64,000 nucleotides of DNA from an uncultured virus (IMG/VR IMGVR_UViG_3300021962_006841) (taxonomy: Duplodnaviria; Heunggongvirae; Uroviricota; Caudoviricetes): IMG/VR virus record IMGVR_UViG_3300021962_006841; one strand, 5' to 3'. The first letter of the stretch is position 1. Each line of letters opens with the position of its first letter. The position numbers and the translations under genes are program-made. The notes beneath the pieces were generated by a model that worked only from the letters and a program-made list of their open reading frames with translations, searched no databases and was not told the DNA's origin. Shown here in pieces: positions 46,881-55,029 of the stretch.

Positions 46881-46888
46881 TATTTATA
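46881..46888 (-). promoter_or_regulatory. T4-type late promoter
   Basis: TATAAATA. Confidence 0.7.
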
Positions 46889-46893
46889 AGAAC

Positions 46894-47400
46894 TTATTCT
46901 TTATCAAATATTCCTGAATAATCTTCTTCATCATCCCAGAAAGGCTCTACCTCTAGGTCCTCATCTAGGTGTTCGTAATCTTCGTCATCTTCCTCATCAT
47001 CTTCTAGGTCTTCATCAGCAATTCCATTAACATCTAGCATATCTACTAGCTTTGGCTCATGAACATCACGGAGATAGTATTCATGGTTTTCAAGATCGCC
47101 AAGTTCCTCTAGAACTTCTTCTGCAGCCGTAGCATGCATATCATAATCTTCAAGATCCTTTTCAGTGGAATAGCCTCTTTCAATGGCCTTTGCTTCTACT
47201 GCTAGAGCTTCATCAACATGCTTTGCTGCTTCTTCCGCTTTGGCCATATCTACACCCTGTTCTTTCATTAGGTTATTGAAGGCCTCTGTGGCACCTGGGC
47301 ATAGAGGAAAGTTCTCGGTCTCATAGGAACCCACGGTAATATTTTTACCCTCTTGTTCCTCGAAGTTTAGCTCTTCGGTATAAAGACTGAAATTCTTCAT
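46894..47400 (-). CDS. acidic hypothetical protein with CTS-like N-terminus
   Basis: MKNFSLYTEE; YETENFPLCPGA..AF. Confidence 0.7.
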   Translation of the reverse strand: MKNFSLYTEELNFEEQEGKNITVGSYETENFPLCPGATEAFNNLMKEQGVDMAKAEEAAKHVDEALAVEAKAIERGYSTEKDLEDYDMHATAAEEVLEELGDLENHEYYLRDVHEPKLVDMLDVNGIADEDLEDDEEDDEDYEHLDEDLEVEPFWDDEEDYSGIFDKE

Positions 47401-47408
47401 ATAGCCCC

Positions 47409-48713
47409 TTATGTGAACTCTTGCCAATCCATAGATGCAACAACATTACTTGTTGCAGTGCGAGATGTCATTGCAAGTGTAAAGATGACTGGTGTATTAG
47501 CTAAACCATTTCTCTCTAGCTGAAACTTAAACATCTCTCCATCTAAGTTTACGCCAGCTGCTGACTGGTTAGTAGAATTATAGATGCCTGACATTATTGT
47601 CGTGCCACCACTCATTGTTGATGAGTTGTTTGCATCATACTCTACACACGAATCATTACCAGCCGATGTCCAAGATCCACCAGTTATTGTTGGGTTAACA
47701 ACAATCTTATATTTATAGAGTGCTTGGTTTAGAGCTGCAATTGAAATATCCTTAGGAACAGCGATACCATCTAACTTTGTAGACTTCAATCTTAATGATA
47801 TCACTGGATAGTAAGTGCCAGCTGTAGCAAGTTCTCTTTGTGTTGTTGGCTCCTGGCCATATGTTCTTGGCCTACCTCTAAGTTCATAACCACCTTCAGA
47901 AATAACAGTGGTACAAATTTGCTTTAGAGTAGCAGAGGCATCCGTTGTGCCTGTATTCTCAATTTCATATCTTACTGGAAGACATGCTGTCGTCATATAA
48001 GTGCCAGCTGTTATATTGGCATGGTGGAATGAATGACAATGGACTAACTGACCATTAATCACAAAACCACATCTAACTGTACCAACACCTAACCACTCAA
48101 TATCAGTCCAAAAAATTTGAGCCTTAGTTAAATCAAGAGTTAGTTGCGATGGTGAGGACGGGACAGCTCCAAGTAATGTGTCAATATTCCAGTCTGCCTG
48201 ATTGGCATACTCGTATTGAACTGAACCGTTAACATTTGATCTGATACCAAATCTAATTGTAGTACCAGTCTGTTCTAAGAATACGCCATTGAGGTCGTTA
48301 TAGTAACCAACTCTCTGAGCAAGGTTAGCTTGGGGTGCATTCATAACAAACGTATTCATAATCAGCAAGCTCTTACCTGGCTGATAGGCAAATACTCTTG
48401 TTGTTTCTCTTTGAACCTTAGCACCAGATGTTGTATCTACAGTGAGAGACATTGTAGCTGCATTAGCATTGAAAGAATATGTTGCTGTGGCAGTATTGGC
48501 AGTAGAGAATTTGTCGTTATCTTCATAACGATTGAATGAATCAAATAGTGTTACTGGTTGTGACTGTCTGGCTCTACCAAAAGCATCAACAGCTGTACCC
48601 GATGGGTTAGCTGGACCAATACGGTTACCATACTGGTCAGCAAGCATCACTACTTCAAATAGTGTCTTGTTATCAGGCAAGTATTGATGTTTATCTTTTC
48701 TAAACTGTGCCAT
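47409..48713 (-). CDS. putative virion structural/beta-rich protein
   Basis: DAFGR.R.S.P.TLFDS, QT.R.F.YQPGKS, IDIEWLGVG.VR.GF pattern. Confidence 0.7.
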   Translation of the reverse strand: MAQFRKDKHQYLPDNKTLFEVVMLADQYGNRIGPANPSGTAVDAFGRARQSQPVTLFDSFNRYEDNDKFSTANTATATYSFNANAATMSLTVDTTSGAKVQRETTRVFAYQPGKSLLIMNTFVMNAPQANLAQRVGYYNDLNGVFLEQTGTTIRFGIRSNVNGSVQYEYANQADWNIDTLLGAVPSSPSQLTLDLTKAQIFWTDIEWLGVGTVRCGFVINGQLVHCHSFHHANITAGTYMTTACLPVRYEIENTGTTDASATLKQICTTVISEGGYELRGRPRTYGQEPTTQRELATAGTYYPVISLRLKSTKLDGIAVPKDISIAALNQALYKYKIVVNPTITGGSWTSAGNDSCVEYDANNSSTMSGGTTIMSGIYNSTNQSAAGVNLDGEMFKFQLERNGLANTPVIFTLAMTSRTATSNVVASMDWQEFT

Positions 48714-48714
48714 T

Positions 48715-49914
48715 CTATCTAGCCCTTAGGAAGTTAGCTTGGGAGAATGCAGCATGGCCGCCTCTTCCAACTCCTGATCTTCTAACTAACTTAGTTGGTC
48801 TATTGTTCCTGATTGATACAAACCCTTCTGGTCCAGCTGGTCTACCATGGATCGAATGTTCATATCCATGGTGATCTAGACTCGAAAGATGATCGACTAA
48901 TTCATTTTTTGCATTTTCTAGATGGTCATGAATATTTAGAATTCGATGAAAATGAGCCTTATTCTTCTGAACGTGGGCTAGGTCTTCATCCATAGCCTGT
49001 TGTCTTCTTGCCTTACCGGCTGGTGTCTTTAGTTTATCCACCTCAGCTTGATGCTTATTCTTTAGCCAGGCCATATAGGCTGTAGCTGATCTTTTGGCAC
49101 CAGTTCTCACTGTACTATTAATGAATGTCTTTAGGTTGACTCTATGGTTAGTAATAGCGTTATGGGTTTCTTCAGTGGCACCTTCAAACTCTTCAACAGC
49201 TTTCTTCATATGGTGTTCAAACTTTGTCTTTGGTGCCTTAGCTGCATGAACTACATGGACTGGCAATACATGAACATCTGGGTGATGCTTGAATCCACTA
49301 TCCTCTCCGTGTGGATCAAAACCGTAGTGCGCCTGCATTGATTCAAGATCACCATGGCCTTTATACTCAGTATGAATAGCTACACCAATCTTAGCTTTCT
49401 TAATCTTTTTGCCTTCTGGTGAATCTGCTTTCTGAGAATAGGTAATCGTGTTAGGCGTAAAGTGATATTTACTGTCATGGTGGGTAACATCATTGTGTGT
49501 ATACATGATGTCGCCCTGGAACACACGACCCTTTGGTGTTACTTTCTTGAGGTGATCGTAGGCTGCCTTCAACTTCTCAACTAGGCCTGGTGCGTGGCCA
49601 TGGTTCTTTTCAATATCTTCGTGGGAGTAGTTAATCTTTGGTTCTTTATTGAATGCAGACTTAGATGCTACAAAGAATTGACCCGTCTTTGGATGGTGGC
49701 CAAAGATTAGAGAAGGCGATCCATCATACTTAATTACATTCTTAGTTGAGGAATGAGTAGCACCCATGACAGCATTATGTGTATCGTTGAGTGTATGGAA
49801 GGCATGCTTGAATCCCTCAGTACCAGAGTCAATGATATGCTCTTCATTATGCTTTAAATGAATTAGCTTGCTTTCGTCATCAACTGTTTCTACTAGGTAC
49901 TGAATAAAGCTCAT
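48715..49914 (-). CDS. His-rich protein with ligase-like nucleotidyltransferase motifs
   Basis: MSFIQYLVE; HLKHNEE, IKYDGSPS (KxDG), VFQGDIM, PEGFV, TKLV. Confidence 0.6.
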   Translation of the reverse strand: MSFIQYLVETVDDESKLIHLKHNEEHIIDSGTEGFKHAFHTLNDTHNAVMGATHSSTKNVIKYDGSPSLIFGHHPKTGQFFVASKSAFNKEPKINYSHEDIEKNHGHAPGLVEKLKAAYDHLKKVTPKGRVFQGDIMYTHNDVTHHDSKYHFTPNTITYSQKADSPEGKKIKKAKIGVAIHTEYKGHGDLESMQAHYGFDPHGEDSGFKHHPDVHVLPVHVVHAAKAPKTKFEHHMKKAVEEFEGATEETHNAITNHRVNLKTFINSTVRTGAKRSATAYMAWLKNKHQAEVDKLKTPAGKARRQQAMDEDLAHVQKNKAHFHRILNIHDHLENAKNELVDHLSSLDHHGYEHSIHGRPAGPEGFVSIRNNRPTKLVRRSGVGRGGHAAFSQANFLRAR

Positions 49915-50636
49915 AGGTTTACCATTACTGCTGATGCTGGTGTATCATCTGTTACAACTATACGGCCGGCGCTATCTCCCTTTGATGGCGACTTACCATA
50001 TATCTTTGGAGTCCCCATACTATCCTTTGCTGTTGGATCAAAGCGTTGATCTTCTCTACGTGCTCTCAATCTAAAGTATAGTTCTTTAGAATTAGCATAT
50101 GATTCTGCCTCATACATTGAGCCAGAAATCTTCAATCTATTTTTGGCACTATCATATTGCTTTGTAACATCCATTGGTCCAATGTACATATAGTCAATTG
50201 GGCCACCCATAGCCTTATTGCCAACAACAATTTTCAACTTGTCTTGTTTACTTATCTTACCATAAACATCAGGTACTTTATCACCAACCTTGAGTTTCTT
50301 TTTAGTCTTTAGATGCTCGAAGGCTTTTGTCATAAACTTCTTTGCAATACCTGGTACAGCCAACTCTAAGCCTTTCAATCCACCACCGGCTAGCGAAGGG
50401 GCAGACTCGCCTTTGCAGGAAAGATTCAAAGTTTTTGTACCACGGTATAGCATAACATCTGTATAAGGTTCAGAGCCACCAGCCTGTCTGCCACCATACT
50501 TCTCAGCTTTTGTGACACCTGATAAAGTTAAGTTTTCAAATACTACAGTAACAGCATTGTTCTTGTTAGCCTTGACAGCATCATTGATGGCTTTAATTAA
50601 ACCATTTTCCTGTCTTTCTGATGAGGCACCAGCCAT
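49911..50636 (-). CDS. hypothetical, possible PD-(D/E)xK nuclease fold
   Basis: ERQE, EPYTDV...LSCKG.SAPSLAGGG. Confidence 0.6.
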   Translation of the reverse strand: MAGASSERQENGLIKAINDAVKANKNNAVTVVFENLTLSGVTKAEKYGGRQAGGSEPYTDVMLYRGTKTLNLSCKGESAPSLAGGGLKGLELAVPGIAKKFMTKAFEHLKTKKKLKVGDKVPDVYGKISKQDKLKIVVGNKAMGGPIDYMYIGPMDVTKQYDSAKNRLKISGSMYEAESYANSKELYFRLRARREDQRFDPTAKDSMGTPKIYGKSPSKGDSAGRIVVTDDTPASAVMVNL

Positions 50637-50669
50637 GTAGTTCTCCCAATTATGATACTTTATATATGC

Positions 50670-50690
50670 AAAACCCCCTTTCGGGGGCTT
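50670..50690 (-). terminator. intrinsic terminator after guaC
   Basis: Minus strand GCCCCC-GAAA-GGGGGT-TTT. Confidence 0.8.
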
Positions 50691-50693
50691 TGT

Positions 50694-51713
50694 TTAGAGT
50701 GACACTGTATAGGGTTCCATCGACCTATTGTATTGGTTATTGACCCTAATGAACTCTGTATACATGTGAAGCTGAGAAACTCTATATGCTCCAACATACG
50801 CACAGCACGATCTAATACCACCAAGAACATCCAGTATTGTATTCTTTACAGGGCCTTTATATGGCATTGATACTGTTCTACCTTCTGAGGATCTATAGCT
50901 AGCTAGTTCACCCTTATGCTTGACCTGAGCTGTCCTAGAACTCATACCATAGAACACAATCTTATTGTTTACGATTGGCTGCTCACCTTCATCGTGTCCA
51001 GCTAACATAGAGCCAAGCTTAACATACTTTGCCCCAGCACCAATTGCCTTACAAACATCACCTGGGTTTGTAATACCACCATCAGCAACAATCTCAGACT
51101 TATTACAGGCAAGCGCACATTCAGCCACAGCACTAAACTGAGGATAGCCAATACCCGTCTTGATACGAGTAGTACAGACGGCACCAGAACCAATACCAAC
51201 CTTAATTAAGTTGGCACCAGCTGCTTCTAGTCTTGTTACGGCCTTAGGTGTAACAACACTACCAGCCATAATAATACTATGTGGATTTTCATCTCTCAGC
51301 TTGGCAACAAAGTCATAGAACTGCTGCATATAACCATTAGCAACATCAACACAGATGTTAGCCGTCTGGCCAGTTCGTTGTTTGATCTCTCTAATGATTG
51401 AGGATGTTAGTTTATAATCATCCGGGCTAATACCAGTAGAGACATAACAATACTTAATAGGATCAGTATCATCTTCATTCAAACATTCGTTGATGAATTG
51501 AATCCACTGATCGAGAGTGTAGTGTTTGACGATAGCAGTGCTAGCACCATGTCTGCACAAAGCCCTTGCCATGGAGAATGTTCCAACACCATCCATATTA
51601 GATGCAATGATAGGATTGTAGTCCATTACAACTTTGGATCTACTGTCGATATCAGAGAACTTAGGGACGATCAGAACATCACTATAGTCTAATTTAGGAA
51701 CATCTTGAATCAT
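50694..51713 (-). CDS. guaC: GMP reductase
   Basis: LDYSDVLI.PK, NMDGVGTF.MA, DVANGY, KVGIGSGAVCTTR..TG.GYPQ.SAV, FYGMSS, YRSSEG. Confidence 0.92.
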   Translation of the reverse strand: MIQDVPKLDYSDVLIVPKFSDIDSRSKVVMDYNPIIASNMDGVGTFSMARALCRHGASTAIVKHYTLDQWIQFINECLNEDDTDPIKYCYVSTGISPDDYKLTSSIIREIKQRTGQTANICVDVANGYMQQFYDFVAKLRDENPHSIIMAGSVVTPKAVTRLEAAGANLIKVGIGSGAVCTTRIKTGIGYPQFSAVAECALACNKSEIVADGGITNPGDVCKAIGAGAKYVKLGSMLAGHDEGEQPIVNNKIVFYGMSSRTAQVKHKGELASYRSSEGRTVSMPYKGPVKNTILDVLGGIRSCCAYVGAYRVSQLHMYTEFIRVNNQYNRSMEPYTVSL

Positions 51714-51895
51714 AATCCAATACCTAGTCTGTCAGCAATCTTGATCTGGAAGTCTACAAGGTTTTCGTATACAGTCCTAACATACTCAGTGCTTACGCTA
51801 TTGGCTCTTGCTGCATACTCAATTGCTTCTTGTTTACATAGTCCTTCATTTTCAGCTTCAATCAAACTCATTTCAATAACATGATTAAGTTGCAT
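51710..51895 (-). CDS. hypothetical protein
   Basis: GGAG SD; ATGA overlap with guaC. Confidence 0.6.
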   Translation of the reverse strand: MQLNHVIEMSLIEAENEGLCKQEAIEYAARANSVSTEYVRTVYENLVDFQIKIADRLGIGL

Positions 51896-51898
51896 TAT

Positions 51899-52885
51899 CT
51901 ACTCCCTATAGTTCCAAACGACATGATCCTCAATTAGCTGACGATGCTGGATCCAGTACTTAAAGTTACCAGACCACATAGCACCGCTTCTATCAGAATG
52001 AGTTACACCCTTCTCCCAACTATCACAACTACTACAGCTATTTGTGAGGTTAGTCATTGGAGTTGCTTGGTGTTCCAAAGGCGAGGCATGAACAGGCTTA
52101 GATTCAACTAGACGCTGGAAGATGTCTCGTGCTTTGGCAATATCGGTGTTTAGAATTCTATAGGAAACTTGAGCACAGCAAGAGGCTGAAATCATAATAG
52201 CCTGCTCAGCAGTCAAGTATGTTTTTACAATCTGCTTCTCTAGGTTGTCTTGTTCTTCCCAAATGTAATACTGAAGCCCTAGCTCACTATCCTCACGAAG
52301 GATGTAGGGCACATGCCATTCGCCTTTGGCAAGGCCAACTGGATTGCTCTTATTGTATGCATCCCACATTACGGTAGCCAATTCTTTAATCTCTGGCTGG
52401 GCATCTGGATGCTTACGAAGATGGAAGAAGTTATCATAGCTGGTAGCAGTACAGACTACCTTAATCAATTGGTATGGCTCTAAGATTCTATTAGAGACTT
52501 GCTTATGGAGATTGAGAGCATCAAACTTTCTGGCAGTGTTGCTTGTTGCCCTTGCAATCTCATCCCATAGCTGAGTTGCCTGTAACAGCTCAGGCATATC
52601 AAGCTGTTCATTTGCCTGCATGCCCTTAATATTCTTACCCCAATGGATTGGCCTAGCTGGACTTTGCTCTACCAACTTTACCAACTTGGAAATAGGAATT
52701 GCTCTCGAGGAAGCAGCGTTCCTAGAGAGCATGCGGTGAGTCATAAACTCACTATGAATGAATCTTGGGTATTCTAATTCAAATGTTGTTATTCTAGTTG
52801 CTGTTCTTGTACAGACTGAGTCTTGAATAACTTTCGCTGTGATTCCATTCTTACCAGTAGAAGTTACGTAGTTGTTCTCGTCCAA
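51899..52885 (-). CDS. thyX: flavin-dependent thymidylate synthase-like (phage ThyX type)
   Basis: YPRFIHSEFMTHR..SRNAASSRAIP, LRKHPDAQPEI, HASPLEHQATP. Confidence 0.8.
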   Translation of the reverse strand: MDENNYVTSTGKNGITAKVIQDSVCTRTATRITTFELEYPRFIHSEFMTHRMLSRNAASSRAIPISKLVKLVEQSPARPIHWGKNIKGMQANEQLDMPELLQATQLWDEIARATSNTARKFDALNLHKQVSNRILEPYQLIKVVCTATSYDNFFHLRKHPDAQPEIKELATVMWDAYNKSNPVGLAKGEWHVPYILREDSELGLQYYIWEEQDNLEKQIVKTYLTAEQAIMISASCCAQVSYRILNTDIAKARDIFQRLVESKPVHASPLEHQATPMTNLTNSCSSCDSWEKGVTHSDRSGAMWSGNFKYWIQHRQLIEDHVVWNYRE

Positions 52886-53066
52886 GGTTCATCCTCACTG
52901 CATGTGCTATTAGTACGTTTAGTTCTTGGGGTACATCACCATTGAGGTCATTGAGCAATTGCTTCTGAAGACCTAGAGCATGTATTATACGGATTTTGTC
53001 GACAATGGCAACAAGAGCCGACTCATATTTATCCATCTCTTCGTCAGTTAAGTCTTTGTATTCCAT
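52851..53066 (-). CDS. hypothetical protein
   Basis: GGAG SD; operonic. Confidence 0.6.
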   Translation of the reverse strand: MEYKDLTDEEMDKYESALVAIVDKIRIIHALGLQKQLLNDLNGDVPQELNVLIAHAVRMNLGREQLRNFYW

Positions 53067-53093
53067 CTTATTACTCCAAAGAGAAAGGGGCAG

Positions 53094-53351
53094 TCATTCC
53101 TGACTGCCCCAAAGACTGATAGACTGTACAGCATCTACCTTGAATGAGCGCCACTCATTCTTTTCAACATCGAAGACTGGTACGACGTCGGTATTTGCCT
53201 CCTTCACTCTATCGGTCTTTTTAACATACGGTACTACAAGATCTTCACGAAGTGTACACTTCATAATTCGCTCGGTACCATCCGACTTGGTGAACCTGAC
53301 CTCGGCAACATTTGCCTTGAGGAAGTCCATGATCTTATCTTTAGTGAACAT
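53094..53351 (-). CDS. WYL_2/SH3-like T4 family protein
   Basis: V.FTKSDGTERIMKCTL...VFDVEKNEWRSF. Confidence 0.85.
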   Translation of the reverse strand: MFTKDKIMDFLKANVAEVRFTKSDGTERIMKCTLREDLVVPYVKKTDRVKEANTDVVPVFDVEKNEWRSFKVDAVQSISLWGSQE

Positions 53352-53529
53352 CGCTGTAACTCTTCATCCAGGCAAGAACATACTGCTTGGCTTGGTGACG
53401 ATTAAAATCAAATGCCTCTTGGACATAAGGACCAGCACCAAACATATTGACCTTACCAGAGTCACGAAGCATATTAAGGAACGCAAAGACCTGGTCTTGA
53501 CAATCCAACTTCTCAGTAGTATCACTCAT
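53341..53529 (-). CDS. conserved phage hypothetical protein
   Basis: FL..LRDSGKVNMFGAGPY. Confidence 0.75.
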   Translation of the reverse strand: MSDTTEKLDCQDQVFAFLNMLRDSGKVNMFGAGPYVQEAFDFNRHQAKQYVLAWMKSYSDVH

Positions 53530-53644
53530 TATCCTTTCTCCAATCCTCTTGGCACTCTAAGAAGAACTGCCAGAGCATACAACTAACATAACCAAGCATG
53601 AAACCAGCAATCAAAATAAACGTAGGTACAAATTCAGCTAACAT
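53522..53644 (-). CDS. small membrane protein (not in ORF track)
   Basis: AGGAG SD; MLAEFVPTFILIAGFMLGYVSCMLWQFFLECQEDWRKDNE. Confidence 0.45.
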   Translation of the reverse strand: MLAEFVPTFILIAGFMLGYVSCMLWQFFLECQEDWRKDNE

Positions 53645-53656
53645 TGTTGTCTCCTA

Positions 53657-54898
53657 TTAGAACGGGATGTCATCAGCATACGGATCGGCATTGTTTGCCG
53701 CCGTCACTGGGTCGTTGTAGGTGTTGAGGTCAACTTCAGCATCGACCTTGGTGTAGAGGTCTAAGAACGATGTCTTAGTCTCATGGTCAAAGCGGTTCAA
53801 ACAAAGTTCCACAGCCTCGAGGCGGTTACGGAAGATCGCAAACGCACTAACAATATGAACAAGTCGCCGAGTAGAGATAACTTCGTTTGTAGCACCGTCA
53901 GCAAACGACTTACGGATTACTCCAGCCCACTTAACGAGGTTCTCGGCAAACTTCTCGTCCATGCAATTGAACTTATGCATGTTACGAGTCAAGATCTTGA
54001 GTTCCGTCTTCTCGGGCGGATAGTCCTGCTCAAACGTAATCGGGAAGCGCTCAAGGAACGCCTCGTTCATAACCTTGGTACCGATGAAGCGACCATCATC
54101 GCTACCCTTACCCTTTGTATTAGCAGTGGCGAAGATATTGAAGCCGACAGCAGGGAAGACCTTCTCGCCAGTCTTCTTGATATGGTAGGGCTTACCCTCC
54201 ATAATTGACTGCAAGCACATGATCTTCGTAGCATTAAGATCACACTCGTCCAAGATTAGAATTGCACCACGACGCATTGCAGTTAGGACAGGACCTTCGC
54301 GATAGACGATTGACCCATCGACAAGAGTGTTACCACCAACGAGGTCATCCTCATCAGTCTCTTCCGTAATGTTAACACGGATGCACTCACGCTTCAGCTT
54401 AGCACAAGCCTGTTCGATCGATAGAGTCTTACCGTTACCAGACAAGCCAGTGATGAACACAGGATAAAAGATCTTCGAGTCGATGATCTTAGCAATCTTA
54501 GAGAACGGACCAAACTCAACGTAGGTTGCGTCCTTCGATGGAATAAGATTCTCAACAAGAGCGGCAAGGTTCTGCTTACGGTTGATTGGAGTCACAGTGG
54601 CGACCATTGCAACAGCCTGGTCAGGTTCGACCTGAGTGTTGGCAAACATCGATGGCTCAAGATCAACAGGGCCAAGTTTTTCTCGCTTGGATGGCTTCGT
54701 GATAGAAGCAGTGGTCGAATAAGAACCTCGACCAACATTTCGGCTCTTGTCGTTCAAGAACCAATAGGGAATAGGGAATCCCTTCTCGCCAGCAAGTTCG
54801 AGAACCTGCGAGCGGCTAACAGTCTGACCAAACCGAACGGTCAGGTCATCTACAAACTGACGCTTGGCGTTAGCGTCATAAAATCCAGTCTTCGACAT
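53657..54898 (-). CDS. cobS: CobS/MoxR-type AAA+ ATPase
   Basis: GLSGNGKT, RVNIT.ETDEDDL.GG, ILDE, ATANTKGKGSDDGRF.GT, NEAFLERF, ISTRRL. Confidence 0.9.
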   Translation of the reverse strand: MSKTGFYDANAKRQFVDDLTVRFGQTVSRSQVLELAGEKGFPIPYWFLNDKSRNVGRGSYSTTASITKPSKREKLGPVDLEPSMFANTQVEPDQAVAMVATVTPINRKQNLAALVENLIPSKDATYVEFGPFSKIAKIIDSKIFYPVFITGLSGNGKTLSIEQACAKLKRECIRVNITEETDEDDLVGGNTLVDGSIVYREGPVLTAMRRGAILILDECDLNATKIMCLQSIMEGKPYHIKKTGEKVFPAVGFNIFATANTKGKGSDDGRFIGTKVMNEAFLERFPITFEQDYPPEKTELKILTRNMHKFNCMDEKFAENLVKWAGVIRKSFADGATNEVISTRRLVHIVSAFAIFRNRLEAVELCLNRFDHETKTSFLDLYTKVDAEVDLNTYNDPVTAANNADPYADDIPF

Positions 54899-54930
54899 AA
54901 CAAACATACCTCTTTTTACGGTAGGAGCAT

Positions 54931-55029
54931 CATCCAACAATCTACGGGTCTAGGCAACTGGGGTTTCATGTGATTTAGTAAAGTCGTTATGAATCAACAA
55001 GTTATAGACCCTTACAAATCAATAGGTTA
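54931..55029 (-). promoter_or_regulatory. sigma70-like promoter with two IHF-like boxes
   Basis: TTGCCT-17-GATGAT; AATCAACAAGTTA 54992-55004 and AATCAATAGGTTA 55017-55029. Confidence 0.55.
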
